From Octopus vulgaris (taxonomy: Eukaryota): a stretch of 64,000 bases of DNA. Below the pieces are notes generated by a model, which was not told the DNA's origin, searched no databases, and worked only from the letters and a program-made list of their open reading frames with translations. The position numbers were made by a program, and so were the translations under genes. The stretch covers positions 34,720,001 to 34,784,000 of the forward strand of contig OX597836.1 in the NCBI GenBank assembly GCA_951406725.2, read 5' to 3'. Positions 17,792 through 30,003 of the stretch are shown in pieces (the first letter of the stretch is position 1; the number at the start of each line of letters is the position of its first letter).

Positions 17792-18015
17792 TGGCACTCC
17801 GTCGTTTGCGACGACGAGGGTCCAAGTTGTTCCGATCAACGGAACAGCCTACTCGAGAAATTAACGAGCAAGTGGCTGAGCACTCCACAGACACGTGTAC
17901 CCTTAAGGTAGTTCTCGGGGAGATTCAGTGTGACACAGTGTGTGACAAGGCTGGCCTTTTGAAATACAGGTACTACAGAAACAGGAAGAAAGAGTGAGAG
18001 AAAGTTGTGGTGAAA
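17792..18015 (-). mobile_element. SINE-like interspersed repeat (separate family)
   Basis: GC-rich block ending on the minus strand in a hairpin CGTCGTCGCAAACGACGG followed by AGTGCC; TGAGAGAAAGTTGTGG at ~17995 matches family C in reverse. Confidence 0.5.
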
Positions 18016-18133
18016 AAGCACATCCATTCGAGATCAATAAATTAAGTACCAGTTACGCACTGGGGTCGATGTTATCGACTATCACTCTCCTCCAAATTTT
18101 AGGCCTCGTGCTTATGGCAGAAAGAAATTGTTA

Positions 18134-18534
18134 ACATGCATATATGGGTACAGGACATAAAAAAAAAACGTTGAACACAATGAGAAACGAAAACATAAAA
18201 ACAAAAACATAGACACGAACTTTTTTTCGGACAACGAAAAAAAAAACAGAGAAACAAGACATACAACATAAAGAATATTCTCCTTTTTCAGTTGTCCCTG
18301 CTTCAACTACTCCAAGTTTCGAAAGCAAGTACAAGACGCGACTTCGTTGAAACAGTCCTTCCCGCAAAGCAAATGAAATAAAATTTGTGATTTTTTGCGG
18401 AGGGTGAACGTGGTAACAAGAACAGGACAGTGGTTGTCCGAAAACAAGCTCGTTTCTATGTTTTTGTTTTTATGTTTTCGTTTCTCATTGTGTTCAACGT
18501 TTTTTTTTTATATCCTCTACCCATATATGCATGT
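18134..18534. mobile_element. Short element with ~100 bp inverted repeats
   Basis: 18134-18235 is the reverse complement of 18433-18534 with few mismatches. Confidence 0.75.
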
Positions 18535-18967
18535 ATATATACATATATATGTAGGTATGTACATATATGTATGTATATATATAATTAAATAAGGGTAGAA
18601 ATTGATATTAATCAATTAAAACCAGTGGCCTAGCATATTTTTTAAAATCCGAAGATTAAAATTAAAAAAAAAATTTGTGTATATATATATATATATTGTA
18701 TTCATATACGTAATATATTAACAACTGAAACTCCCTCCTACATGGCCTTGCTTTTTGCTTTTTGAGCCAAAAAATTAACTTAACTTAATTAGTACATAGG
18801 TAATCATTTTTTTATTTCGTATATTTTCATTTGTCTTGCTTATTTTTACACTTTGGTTTTTGGCAGAATTTTTCCTTGAGAACACATTCTCTGCGGAAAT
18901 GGCGATTTTGATGTCTATATCTAGCATACAGGCTGTCCACTTTTAGTGGTCAATCCTCTAAATTTTG

Positions 18968-19010
<43 letters not shown>

Positions 19011-19265
19011 TATCATATATATATCATATATAAATATGATATAGGCACACGTATGTCCATCGATATTCATATATTCATACGTCTCTAAATGTGTGTAATT
19101 CTTACGTGTGTTTGTGTCTGAATATGAGCGCAACTACATTTGAAAGTGTAGTCGTTGTTGCTGCTACTGCTACTGCTGCTGCTGTTCATGTTGTTATTGT
19201 TGTTGTACGAACGTGGTTTCTGTACGTGCTGTGATTCAATGAAGAACTGGAATTTTATCAAGCAC

Positions 19266-19296
<31 letters not shown>

Positions 19297-20128
19297 AAAG
19301 GATGAAATAAAATGAAATAAAATAAAATAAAATTTTAAAAAAAAACATTCTGTTTTACTGGTTATCCCAGTTATTTTTCCTACTTAATTCCCCGACTAGA
19401 TTTTTATGGCGGGACTGGATAACAGAAATATTTCAATTTCAACTCAAGCGCCACCACCACCACCACACCACTAGCCTACCACCACCACACCACTAGCCTA
19501 CCACCACAACCAGCTACAACAACACCAACACCACCCAGCCACCAGACCATCATCCTTTTAAAAAAAAACCTCTTTTTGCTTCTCTCTCTAAAGCGAAGGC
19601 CTTGGACAGACCAAAAAACTATCCGGTTACTCAACGTTCCACGCAAGAGACGGTGGGATTTTAAAGAATGCTTTGCCTAAATGGTTCACATCCTGATTTA
19701 ATAAAAATGTAGAGGAAACGAGCTACGGAATGTCGACTATAAATTATTCTTATTAAACCACCGTATTCATGAGGAGCCCTAACCCTTTCCGACAAATACC
19801 ATTATTATCATGCGCCGACTCCATAATATTTTATTTATTTTTATTTCTAGGTCTATGTGGATAGTGATGTTCACTGCTCTTATTATGGCTGTTATCGCTA
19901 TTGTTGTTGCCGTTGTGCGAGGTGGGGGGGATGCACTGCTTTTAGTCGCAACTGTTCTATGCTCTCGTTGTTGTTGTTGTTTAGCTCCAGACTATGCATG
20001 CGTTCCAGCCGTGCCTGTCCTATCATTTGTGGAACTGTATATTGCGTATCTATCAATATTCCCATGTTGGTTGCAAGTGTATCGACGAAGACTTGCGTAT
20101 GTATGTTACGTTATGTTGTTATGCAAGC

Positions 20129-20169
<41 letters not shown>

Positions 20170-20175
20170 TGTATG

Positions 20176-20237
<62 letters not shown>

Positions 20238-20314
20238 AGTATAGATTATATATATATATACTTTTATACATATATATATATATATGTATAGATTATATAT
20301 ATATATATATACTT

Positions 20315-20410
<96 letters not shown>

Positions 20411-20502
20411 TATATATAGTTCAAATTTACAGAAACAAAAGACGAACACTGGTGAAATAACAAGCAGGTGTACTAGTTTAACTATCGGGAAGAATGGAAA
20501 GG

Positions 20503-20540
20503 TCTTTGACGTTTCGAGCCAATGCTCTTCGACAGAAAGA
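20503..20540 (-). ncRNA. Minimal type I hammerhead motif, CUGUCGA core
   Basis: UCUUU-CUGUCGA-A-GAGC-AUUG-GCUC-GAAACGUC-AAAGA; perfect 5 bp stem I; ACGU palindromic stem III. Confidence 0.7.
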
Positions 20541-21157
20541 ATTAAAAGGAAAAGAAAAACGGAGAGAGAATGGGGGAAAATGGTGCTTATCGGTTCAACA
20601 TAACGAAATGGCCGGAAGAAAGAGGCTGAATGAAAGGGAGATAATAATGGTGACCCGGGCGAAGCTAAGGTGGGCAAGTGCTTGTGTGTATGTAAGAATG
20701 GTTTGTGTAAGTGTGTATGAGTAAATAGTGTGAGTGCACGCGCGTGTGTATGTGTGCGTATCTGTGTTTGTCCCCTACCACCGCTTCACAATCAGTGTTA
20801 GTGTGTTTTCGGTTCAGCAAAAGAGAATAGAATACGTACTAGGCTTTATAAAAAAATAATGAATCCTGGAGTTGATTTGTTTGACTAAAAACCCACTTCA
20901 AGACGGTGCCCCAGCATGGCTGCAGTTAAATGATTGTAATAAGTGGAAGATAGTAGGAGATATATATTGTCATTGCCATTCATATGATGTCTATGATTTT
21001 CACTGCGAAACAGATGACGTTGGATGGTCCTTCTTCTTGCCCGACTATTACTCGTGCGCTAGCTACTGGTTGGTGGTCATGTTTATATATATGTATTTAT
21101 ACAAGTGAGGATTAGAAGAAAAAGAAGGAGTTTAATACATCATTAATATATACATAC

Positions 21158-21396
21158 TCTTTTTTTTTACTCTTTTTATTTGTTTCAGTCATTTGACTGC
21201 GGTCATGCTGGAGCACGGCCTTTAGTCGAGCAAATCGACCCCAGGACTTATCCTTTGTAAGCCTAGTACTTATTCTATCGGTATCTTTTTCAGAACCGCT
21301 AAGTAACGGGGACGTAAACACACCAGCATCGTTTGTCAAGCGATGTTGGGGGGACAAACACAGACACACAACCATATACAAACACACACACACACC

Positions 21397-21452
<56 letters not shown>

Positions 21453-21596
21453 CATACATACATACATACATACATACATACATACATACGACGAACTTCA
21501 TTCAGTTTCCGTCTACAAAATCCACTCACAAGGCTTTGGTCAGCCCGGTGCCACGCAGTGGGACTGAACCCGGAACCATGTGTTTCGTAAGTAAGC
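21158..21596 (-). mobile_element. SINE family A
   Basis: Tail, body, internal microsatellite and partial head. Confidence 0.9.
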
Positions 21597-21619
21597 TCTT
21601 TTGTTTTTTCTTTTACATG

Positions 21620-21785
21620 TTTCTTTCGCCATAAATTTCTCTCACTCTTTCCACCTGGATCTTGCAGCTCACCTGCGACGGACCGGCATCCCATCCAGGT
21701 GGGGAACCTATACCCCCAAGGAAACCGGGAAACCGGCCCTTATGAGCCAGGCATGGCTTGAGAAGGAACAAACAAAAAAAAACAT
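21620..21785 (+). mobile_element. SINE family C, 3' part
   Basis: Aligns with 12980-13130. Confidence 0.75.
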
Positions 21786-21789
21786 GGTT

Positions 21790-22510
21790 CTTGGAGGTCG
21801 CTGCTTATAATGAGTGGTCCCTAATATGCTTGCCGTATTAGGAATTTTACCAACATTTGCGTAGGAGACAGGACGTTAAATAACATCGAGAAATGCATTC
21901 ACGAATCAAAAGGCACAAATGGGGCAAAGAATATCATGAGAGTTTGTTCTGATATTGATTTTCTATGAGGAAACTAATGTTGTCAAATTCATTTCAGAGT
22001 TGTCTTTCTTGCGATATACGATGCTAATAATAACCAAGAAGCTAGAAATGCATTTATTGTTTCCGCCAGAGGAGAGTTGAAATGACTGTTTTGTGCTATT
22101 TTTTTTAAATCTAGTAACTAAACTGAGCATTTTTCTCAACGGCAAACAGCAGTGAATACGGCCTTTGTACAGATCAAATGTGTCCCAAACATATTTGCAA
22201 AGAAGATCTTCGCAAATGATTATCTAACATAACCAAGGATGTTGCACAGCTCTATTGCAACAGACCCTCAGATGAAAGAGTGTATACAGATGAAAGATTG
22301 TATACAGATGAAAGATTGTATACAGGCTTTGCATGACTATGTTGCTAAGAAGTTTCAAAGTGACACAAACTTAGATAAACAAAGTAGTCTACGTTGGACC
22401 AACAACCAGAGTATTATCTCTCACTAGGATGGGTATGCTCTAGCAATCCAAGAACAGTAAATTACAACGACATACTTGTTATGAAACTACGATAAGGATA
22501 CAGATAAAAT
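21790..22510 (+). pseudogene. Decayed non-LTR retrotransposon fragment, R4/Dong-like
   Basis: LHDYV..DKQSSLRW..SH*DGYALAIQEQ*ITT resembles the LHG..DK..S..W..ETEG..AIQDQ.I.T motif; 18 bp repeat x3 at ~22269-22323. Confidence 0.5.
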
Positions 22511-22866
22511 GCCCAGATAGGACAGGTTTCATGAATATTGTTAGACAGGCTCAGACCTTTAAAAACTTATCAAAAATCCTGCAACCTCTGTTGCGCAGAA
22601 AAACTCCACATTGTCTGCCATCCTACTCTAATTTTAAAAATAAAGAAGAAATTAATTTTGACTTGCCGAAACATGCCCAAATTCTTTCTTGAAAATTTTC
22701 AAGGAGGAATTTAGTGCAAAATGGCCGACAAACGCCGATGTATACAACATACTCCACCTATAGTCATTCTGTTGCTTCCTAACTCGACTGAACGAAACTG
22801 ACATTCGGAAACTATGTAATCACGCTTTGTTTCTCTCTTACACACACACATACATACTCTCAAACT

Positions 22867-22901
<35 letters not shown>

Positions 22902-22927
22902 GTATGCTTACACACACATACACACAC

Positions 22928-22959
<32 letters not shown>

Positions 22960-23133
22960 GTATGTGTGTGCGTGTCTCTGTGTGTATGTGTGTGTGTGTA
23001 AGTATATCTATAAACATACACATGCATGTCAGTATAACACATACACATATGTAAATATCTAAGAATATATGTGTCCATGTTTTCACGTACACACACACAC
23101 ACATATATATATATGTATATGCATATAAATATA

Positions 23134-23261
<128 letters not shown>

Positions 23262-23394
23262 TGTGTGTATGAGATAAATAAATAGTATACATTTATACAT
23301 AGATTTATACATACACATATGTAACTGAACGCTTTTGTATCTGATTTTATCAATTCGGGTTCTCTGCACTCAAAATGATAAACTAAATTAACGA

Positions 23395-23722
23395 TAATGG
23401 TGTTGATGGTAGAAGCGGTGGTGGTGGTGGTGGTGGTGTTATTGGTGGTGGTGTTATTGGCGGTGCTGTTGGTGTTGGTGGTGTCGGTGCCGATGGCGGC
23501 GGCGGTGGTGATTGTGATGGCGATGGTATTGGTAGTGGTATCAGTGGTGTTGGTGTTATTGGTGGTGGTGGTGGTGATGGTGGTAGCGGTGATGGTGGTG
23601 GTGCTGGTGCTGGTGGTGGCGGTGGTGCTGGTGGTGCTGGTGGTGATATTAGCAATAGTGATGATAGAAGTGGTAGTGGTGGTAGTAATAGTAGTATGAT
23701 AGTAGTGATAATAGTAATAATG

Positions 23723-23783
<61 letters not shown>

Positions 23784-23905
23784 CAGCAGCAGCAGTAGTA
23801 GCCGCAGAAGTGATGATACTGGTGGTGGCGGTAGTAGTAGTAGTAGTAGTAGTAGTAGCAGCAGCAGCAGCAGCAGTGTTGGTGGTGGTGGCGGTGGTGG
23901 CGGTG
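23395..23905. repeat. (GGT)n/(AGT)n trinucleotide region
   Basis: Seen directly. Confidence 0.95.
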
Positions 23906-24297
23906 ATTGCAAGTGACGAGTATGAGAAACTTGATAATTAGCGAGAGACTATGTCAATACGAGTTGGAATCAAAAGAAAAGAATAAAAACCAAACAAAAC
24001 AAAAAAAAAAATAATAAATTAAATTAAATGAAAAATAAATAAATAAATAAAATACCTTCCTTCTTCCCTCCCTCCCTCCCTCCCTTCCTCCGTCCCTACG
24101 TCCACCTTCAACCCTCAAAGACCGTTCTGATAACAAAAGTATCTTTATTCTAAAGAAGCCGGGGAGAGAGAGAGAGAGGGAGAGGGAGAGGGGGGAATGA
24201 CATTTTAATAGAAGAATTGCGAAAGAATTTCGAAAGAATTATTGTTGGTGATGTTGTGTAGGGCGAGGATTCATTTTTTTAAAAATTACAATACGTG

Positions 24298-24349
24298 TAT
24301 ACATACATACATACATACATACATACATACATACATACATACATACATG

Positions 24350-24413
<64 letters not shown>

Positions 24414-24505
24414 TATACATATATATACATATATATACATATATATATATGTACATATATATATACATATATATACATATATATATGTACATATATATAT
24501 ACATG

Positions 24506-24537
<32 letters not shown>

Positions 24538-24639
24538 TATACATATATATATAAACATATATATATATATACATGTATATATACGTGTGTCTCTGTGTCT
24601 CTATGTATGTATACACATAAACACGTACACACAAACACG

Positions 24640-24736
<97 letters not shown>

Positions 24737-24772
24737 TATATATACACACATATATATATACATATATATATA
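24298..24772. repeat. (CATA)n/(TA)n region
   Basis: Seen directly. Confidence 0.95.
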
Positions 24773-25122
24773 TTGTCGAAGACTTCCTTGAAATTTAATT
24801 TGAATATTTGGTCGAAGACCCGTGAATGCAATATGGTTAATGAAGACTGTGAGAACGCTACCCGTATCTCTGTTGTTTACAAGTAACATCTTTGAGGATA
24901 GCTAAAGAGGGCAAGTCGGTCGTTGAGGAAATTCCAACTCGTGATTAAAACTATAACAAATGATGATTTTTTTTTTTCTTAAACACAGTGTTACCAAAAA
25001 AAAAGTCTATATATTCTCCCGAACAAGTGATTTGTAAATACCTAATAAAATGGAAAAATTATCAGAAAAGCTATTGATCATTGAAGAACAGAATGGATTA
25101 AGCAATGCAGGATGATGGAATG

Positions 25123-25167
25123 TGTCGCTGAAGAGGTCACAGATATGTAACGAAAGATTTCCTGACA
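25123..25167 (+). ncRNA. Hammerhead motif, copy 1
   Basis: UGUCG-CUGAAGA-G-GUCACA-GAUA-UGUAAC-GAAA-GAUU-UC-CUGACA. Confidence 0.65.
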
Positions 25168-25169
25168 AA

Positions 25170-25333
25170 GGCGCAGGAGTGGCTGTGTGGTAAGTAACTT
25201 GCTTACCAACCACATGGTTCCGGTTTCAGTTCCACTGAGTGGCACCTTGGGCAAGTGTCTTCTACTATAGCCTCGGGCCGACCAAAGCCTTGTGAGTGGA
25301 TTTGGTAAACGGAAACTGAAAAGAAGCCCGCCG

Positions 25334-25366
<33 letters not shown>

Positions 25367-25590
25367 GTGTGTGTGTGCTTGTGTGTCTGTGTTTGTCCCC
25401 CCCTACATCACTTGACAACCGATGCTGGTGTGTTTACGTCCTCGTAACTTAGCGGTTCGGCAAAAGAGACCGATAGAATAAGTACTAGGCTTCAAAAGAA
25501 TAAGTCCTGGGGTCGATTTGCTCGACTAAAGGCGGTGCTCCAGCATGGCCGCAGCCAAATGACTGAAACAAGTAAAAGAGTAAAAGAGTA
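25170..25590 (+). mobile_element. Full-length SINE family A
   Basis: GGCGCAGGAGTGGCTGTGTGGTAAG (A-box), GTTTCAGTTCC (B-box-like), (AAAAGAGT)2 tail. Confidence 0.95.
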
Positions 25591-25701
25591 TATTCTCCCG
25601 GACAAGTGATTTGTAAATACCTAATAAAGTGGAAAAATTATCAGAAAAGCTATTTATCATGGGAGAACAGAATGGATTAAGCGGTACAGGATGATGGAAT
25701 G

Positions 25702-25746
25702 TGTCGCTGAAGAGGTCACAGATATGTAACGAAAGATTTCCTGACA
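25702..25746 (+). ncRNA. Hammerhead motif, copy 2 (identical to copy 1)
   Basis: Same sequence as 25123-25167. Confidence 0.65.
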
Positions 25747-25799
25747 AAGGACTTAAGTTAACATAAAAATAATAATAAACGAGTGAAGAACGAATAATT

Positions 25800-26413
25800 T
25801 TGGGTTGGTGCATAATTATTGTAGCTTTTTTTTTTTTTAAATTTTATTCAACAAAAACAATAACAACTCGTAACAAAAACATCTTTAAATGATTACCAGC
25901 CCTATAACCCGGCGTTGCCGGATCATAGTGTTAGTGCATACATATACAGCTGCGTGCGTGCGCACATACACGCGAGTACTGTCCAAATATCCGAACAATC
26001 ACATACAGCTAGCTGGCATTCAATTGGCGTATCAAGTTTCGGGCATTTTGATTGGGTTTTGGATAGAAAATTCACAAAAAAGTCACTTCTATTGATTTTT
26101 TAATGATTTTGTGTGGTGACTGGGGAAATGTAAAGATGTGCACGACCACCCTTGGACGGTTTTGAATGACCATAGAAAATGCGAGCCCTGTAACTGAAAA
26201 ATTGTGGATTCGCATAAAGGACACGCACACACACATTTTGCCGTTTATATATAGAGAGATTACGGAGCGTATTCACCATATCTTCAATTACTGTTTCCCA
26301 TTTGCTTGGCAGACGATCAGTCCGTCTTTTGAAGATATTTTTGTTAGATATTGTTGTTTTTGTTGAATAAAATTTGTTGAAAAAAAAGCCGCAATAATTA
26401 TACACCAACGCAA
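25800..26413 (-). mobile_element. Internally deleted mariner element
   Basis: TIRs TTGGGTTGGTGCATAATTATTG / CAATAATTATACACCAACGCAA; C-terminal remnant RRTDRLPSKWETVIE..GEYAP* on the minus strand. Confidence 0.75.
25896..26259 (-). mobile_element. Non-autonomous Helitron nested in the mariner element
   Basis: Minus strand starts TCTCTCTATATATAAA and ends with hairpin CCGGC-AAC-GCCGG then CTGG (CTRR); inserted between A and T with no TSD. Confidence 0.8.
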
Positions 26414-26489
26414 TAGTAAGTATGTTTATTGGGGGAGAAAATGACAATACATTTCTGAAATTCAACAATGCATTTCTATTCAATTTTTC

Positions 26490-26795
26490 AAATCGTATCG
26501 TCGGCTTTATCTTGTATCCTAGAATTTAGTTTATTCTTTGCTGAACATTTCCTTTCTGGTGTTGGTGTTGATAACTCTTTTGACCAATTCTTGCGTAGAA
26601 GAGCCGATGGCATTGACTACATGGTAATCTTGGTGGAGGACGACGTTGATTTTGTTGAGCCTTTCTCTCCTATCGTTTCATTTCTTCCTCTTCTTTTCTG
26701 GTGGCTTCGAAGTTTTTGGTTCCATCAGTGATGGAAAACCGCCACTTGGTACAAGTCTCAAGCTTGTGTTTCAAATGATTTAGGCTCAATTCTAC
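26490..26795 (-). mobile_element. RTE-X-like LINE, 3' end
   Basis: KWRFSITDGTKNFEATRKEEEEMKR*..LPCSQCHRLFYARIGQKSYQHQH (C-terminal zinc finger); a second shorter 3' end lies at 26878-26967. Confidence 0.7.
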
Positions 26796-26797
26796 AC

Positions 26798-26853
<56 letters not shown>

Positions 26854-26967
26854 CTCCATAGGTTGCAGTGGGGGCAGCAGCTTTGTCGTGTATCTGAGAA
26901 ATTATTTACTTCTTTGCTGAACGCTTCCTTAATGGTGGTGGCGTTGATAACTCTGCAGACCAATTCT

Positions 26968-27166
26968 TATTTCTTTACTACCCACAAGGGGCCACACGTA
27001 TAGGGGACAAACAAGGACAGACAAACGAATTAAGTCGATTATATCGACCCCAGTGAGTAACTGGTACTTATTTAATCGAGCCCGAAGGGATGAAAGGCAA
27101 AGTCGACCTCGGCGGAATTTGAACTCAGAACGTAGCTGCAGACGAAATACCTATTTCTCTACTACC
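26968..27166 (-). mobile_element. SINE family B, 184 nt unit plus tail junction
   Basis: Family B body; junction at 27151/27152. Confidence 0.9.
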
Positions 27167-27197
27167 CGTAGACGGAAACTGAAAGAAGCCCGTCGTA

Positions 27198-27293
<96 letters not shown>

Positions 27294-27515
27294 GGGTATA
27301 TGGTTGTGTGTCTGAGTTTGTTTCCCCAACATCGCTTGACAACCTATGCTGGTGTGTTTACGTCCCCGTAACTTAGCGGTTTGGTAAAAGAGACCGATGG
27401 AATAAGTACTAGGCTTACAAAGAATAAGTCCTGGGGTCGACTTGCTCGACTAAAGGCCGTGCTCCAGCATGGCCGCATTCAAATGACTGAAACAAAGTAA
27501 AAGAGTAAAAGAGTA
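27166..27515 (+). mobile_element. SINE family A, 5'-truncated
   Basis: Matches 25305-25590. Confidence 0.9.
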
Positions 27516-28214
27516 ACCAATAGAAATGCTGCTAAGCATTTTGTCCGACGCGCCAACTATTCTGCCAGCTCGCTGCATTAGAAAAGTGAGGGGGGATATC
27601 ATAGCATTTATGAAACTTCTTGAAGTTCCACAGAATTATTTATCAATTGTCAAAGTCCTATACCCCCACCTTGCAAAAAGTCTTTAAAAAGGTTGAAATA
27701 TACACTAGGAATAATCAGAAAATATTCGAGATATTGAGTCGACGAAATTCTCCAGAATTTACAAAGGAATTCTGTCGGAATTAATCAAAATGATTCTTTT
27801 TTATATATATATGAAAAAAAAACTTCATTTATTTAAAAATTTGCAAAGAAAAGGAGTTTTTGTTTTTATCAAAGGACAGTTTAGAAGTTAGCTGTCATGT
27901 GTTTAAATGTTAATGTTTAAAGGTCCCGTTTTTTTTTTACATCAGCTGACGAAAGATTAAGTAAGAAATATCAAAGCAATATACAAGATTGTTCTAAGAC
28001 TTTCTTTTGTAAATACTAAAGAATTTTAAAGAATTTCTTAATATTTTAGAAATGTTTTTGAAAACAGTCACAACGTTGTTGAAAGAAACACTATGTCGTT
28101 AAAGAAATTCACAATAAGTTTCAAGAATTGCTGTCCAAAGAAATTTAAATCTAACAAGCAAGTCTATGACGAAAGTCATTCCGGTCGCGACCACCTCGAA
28201 AATGGAGAATTGTA

Positions 28215-28400
28215 ACATCCAACTTCCTAGAAACACAGTGGGGAACGCATGTACCGGTTTCCCATTCCGCCTTGAGGCCGTGGTGAAAGCTGAGGGCGGC
28301 TATTTTGAGTAAACTATTATCTCCCAACCCTAATTTCGTTGATCTTATTTGAAATTTTAAATTACCTTTATTCTTGGCACTCAACAGATTTTGTAGGAGT
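28215..28400 (+). mobile_element. Tc1/mariner-superfamily transposase C-terminal remnant
   Basis: VGNACTGFPFRLEAVVKAEGGYFE* ending at 28312. Confidence 0.6.
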
Positions 28401-28908
28401 TACATACGTAATTATTTGATTCGGTTAACTGCGCCTGAGAAGCTAGGCTCCAGTAGGAAGCTTACAACTATTTATATCGCATGGGATCGAAACAAACTAT
28501 TTTAAATAATAATCTGCATTTTATGTACACGTGGACGTTAAAGGACAAATCGTACACGCTATCCAGACCACTAATAAGTTTCCATAGCCACTCGTGGTTT
28601 GTTGTTAAAATTTCAGCTCGTCGGTTCAGTATAGTATTCGTCAGAAAATGCTTTCGCTATACGAATCGTTCGTTTAGCGTACCATTCGTATATTTCAGTT
28701 TGTTATTCAATGTATTCGTTTAGAGAAACGTTCGCATATGGCTACATCACGATATACATACGCACACGTACTCACACACACAACACACACAAATACACAC
28801 ACATACTATGTATGTATATGTATATATATATATTGTGTGTGTGCGTATGTATATGAGTAGGTTGTAATAATGAAATCAAACTAAATAAAGAAAAATTTTT
28901 TGAAATCA

Positions 28909-28962
28909 TTTAATATGCATGTTTCAGGTTTGCATCCTTTACGTAAACCTTCCTCAGTTGAA
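28909..28962 (-). ncRNA. Hammerhead motif, partly decayed
   Basis: UUCAA-CUGAGGA-AGGUUUACGU-AAAGG-AUGCAAACCU-GAAA-CAUGCA-UA-UUAAA. Confidence 0.6.
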
Positions 28963-29094
28963 GCATCTCAAAATATGGAAAAATTGATGGAAATATTTCA
29001 ATATATATGTCTTTAGAGCAGTAATCCAGCTTCTAAGTTAGGAGGATAGATGTGTATGCAGAAGGGTGAGCAGGCATTAAACTAAAGCAAAACA

Positions 29095-29145
<51 letters not shown>

Positions 29146-29390
29146 AAGCGTATTATTTTAGTTGCAAATTTTACTGGATAGATTTTGGCCATGCTGACAA
29201 TCGCTCTCCAGTTCGTATAATTGCTTAAAGCTGTTTCCAGGACTTGTAGACAGCATGTTTCACTATCGACCCTCGGATTCACGGATACCAAATTAGTGCG
29301 CGGTGAGATTTGAACTTACAGCGCAAACAAACGTAAATTACAGCACAAGATATTTTGGCCCATAGATATATCTTTTTCAGTTACACACAC

Positions 29391-29461
<71 letters not shown>

Positions 29462-29493
29462 TATATATGTAACACAGAAAACATAGTCGCTGT

Positions 29494-29688
29494 TAATCCT
29501 TTCTACTATAGGCCTGAAATTTGGGGGAAGGGACTTGTCGATTACATCGACCCCAGTGCGTAACTGGTACTTAATTTATCGACCCCGAAAGTTGACCTCG
29601 GCGGAATTTGAACTCAGAACGTAACGGCAGACGAAATACGGCTACGCATTTCGCCCGGCGTGCTAACGTTTCTGCCAGCTCGCCGCCT
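29494..29688 (-). mobile_element. SINE family B with head
   Basis: Head and alternative tail both present. Confidence 0.88.
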
Positions 29689-29709
29689 TATAGACGCTGT
29701 TAATGCTTT

Positions 29710-29748
<39 letters not shown>

Positions 29749-29830
29749 GTATGTGTGTTTGTGTGTGTGTATGTGTGTGTGTGTGTGTTTATATGTATAT
29801 AATACACACATATATAAACAATATACGTAT

Positions 29831-29995
29831 AGGCGCAAGCGTGGCTATGTGGTGAGAAGCTTGTTTCCCAACCACATGGCTCTGGGTTCAATCCCACTGC
29901 GTAGCACCTTGGACGAGTGCCTTCTACTATAGCATCGCCCGACCAAAGTCTTGTGAGTGGATTCAGTTGACGGAAACCGAAAGAAGCCCATCGTA
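29831..29995 (+). mobile_element. SINE family A, 5' half
   Basis: Head through AAGAAGCCCATCGTATA. Confidence 0.85.
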
Positions 29996-30003
29996 TATAT
30001 ATA

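Larger units (their letters stand above)
25010..25750 (+). repeat. 162 bp direct repeat (25010-25171 and 25589-25750) flanking a SINE
   Basis: Manual alignment, offset 579, 8 substitutions, no indels. Confidence 0.95.

Noticed and set aside
18876-18910. UUGAGAA..GAAA hammerhead-like string
   Set aside because: Stem II is mismatched and there is no stem I or III
25170-25245. tRNA-like heads of the SINEs
   Set aside because: A/B boxes are present but there is no intact cloverleaf, and they are always attached to SINE bodies
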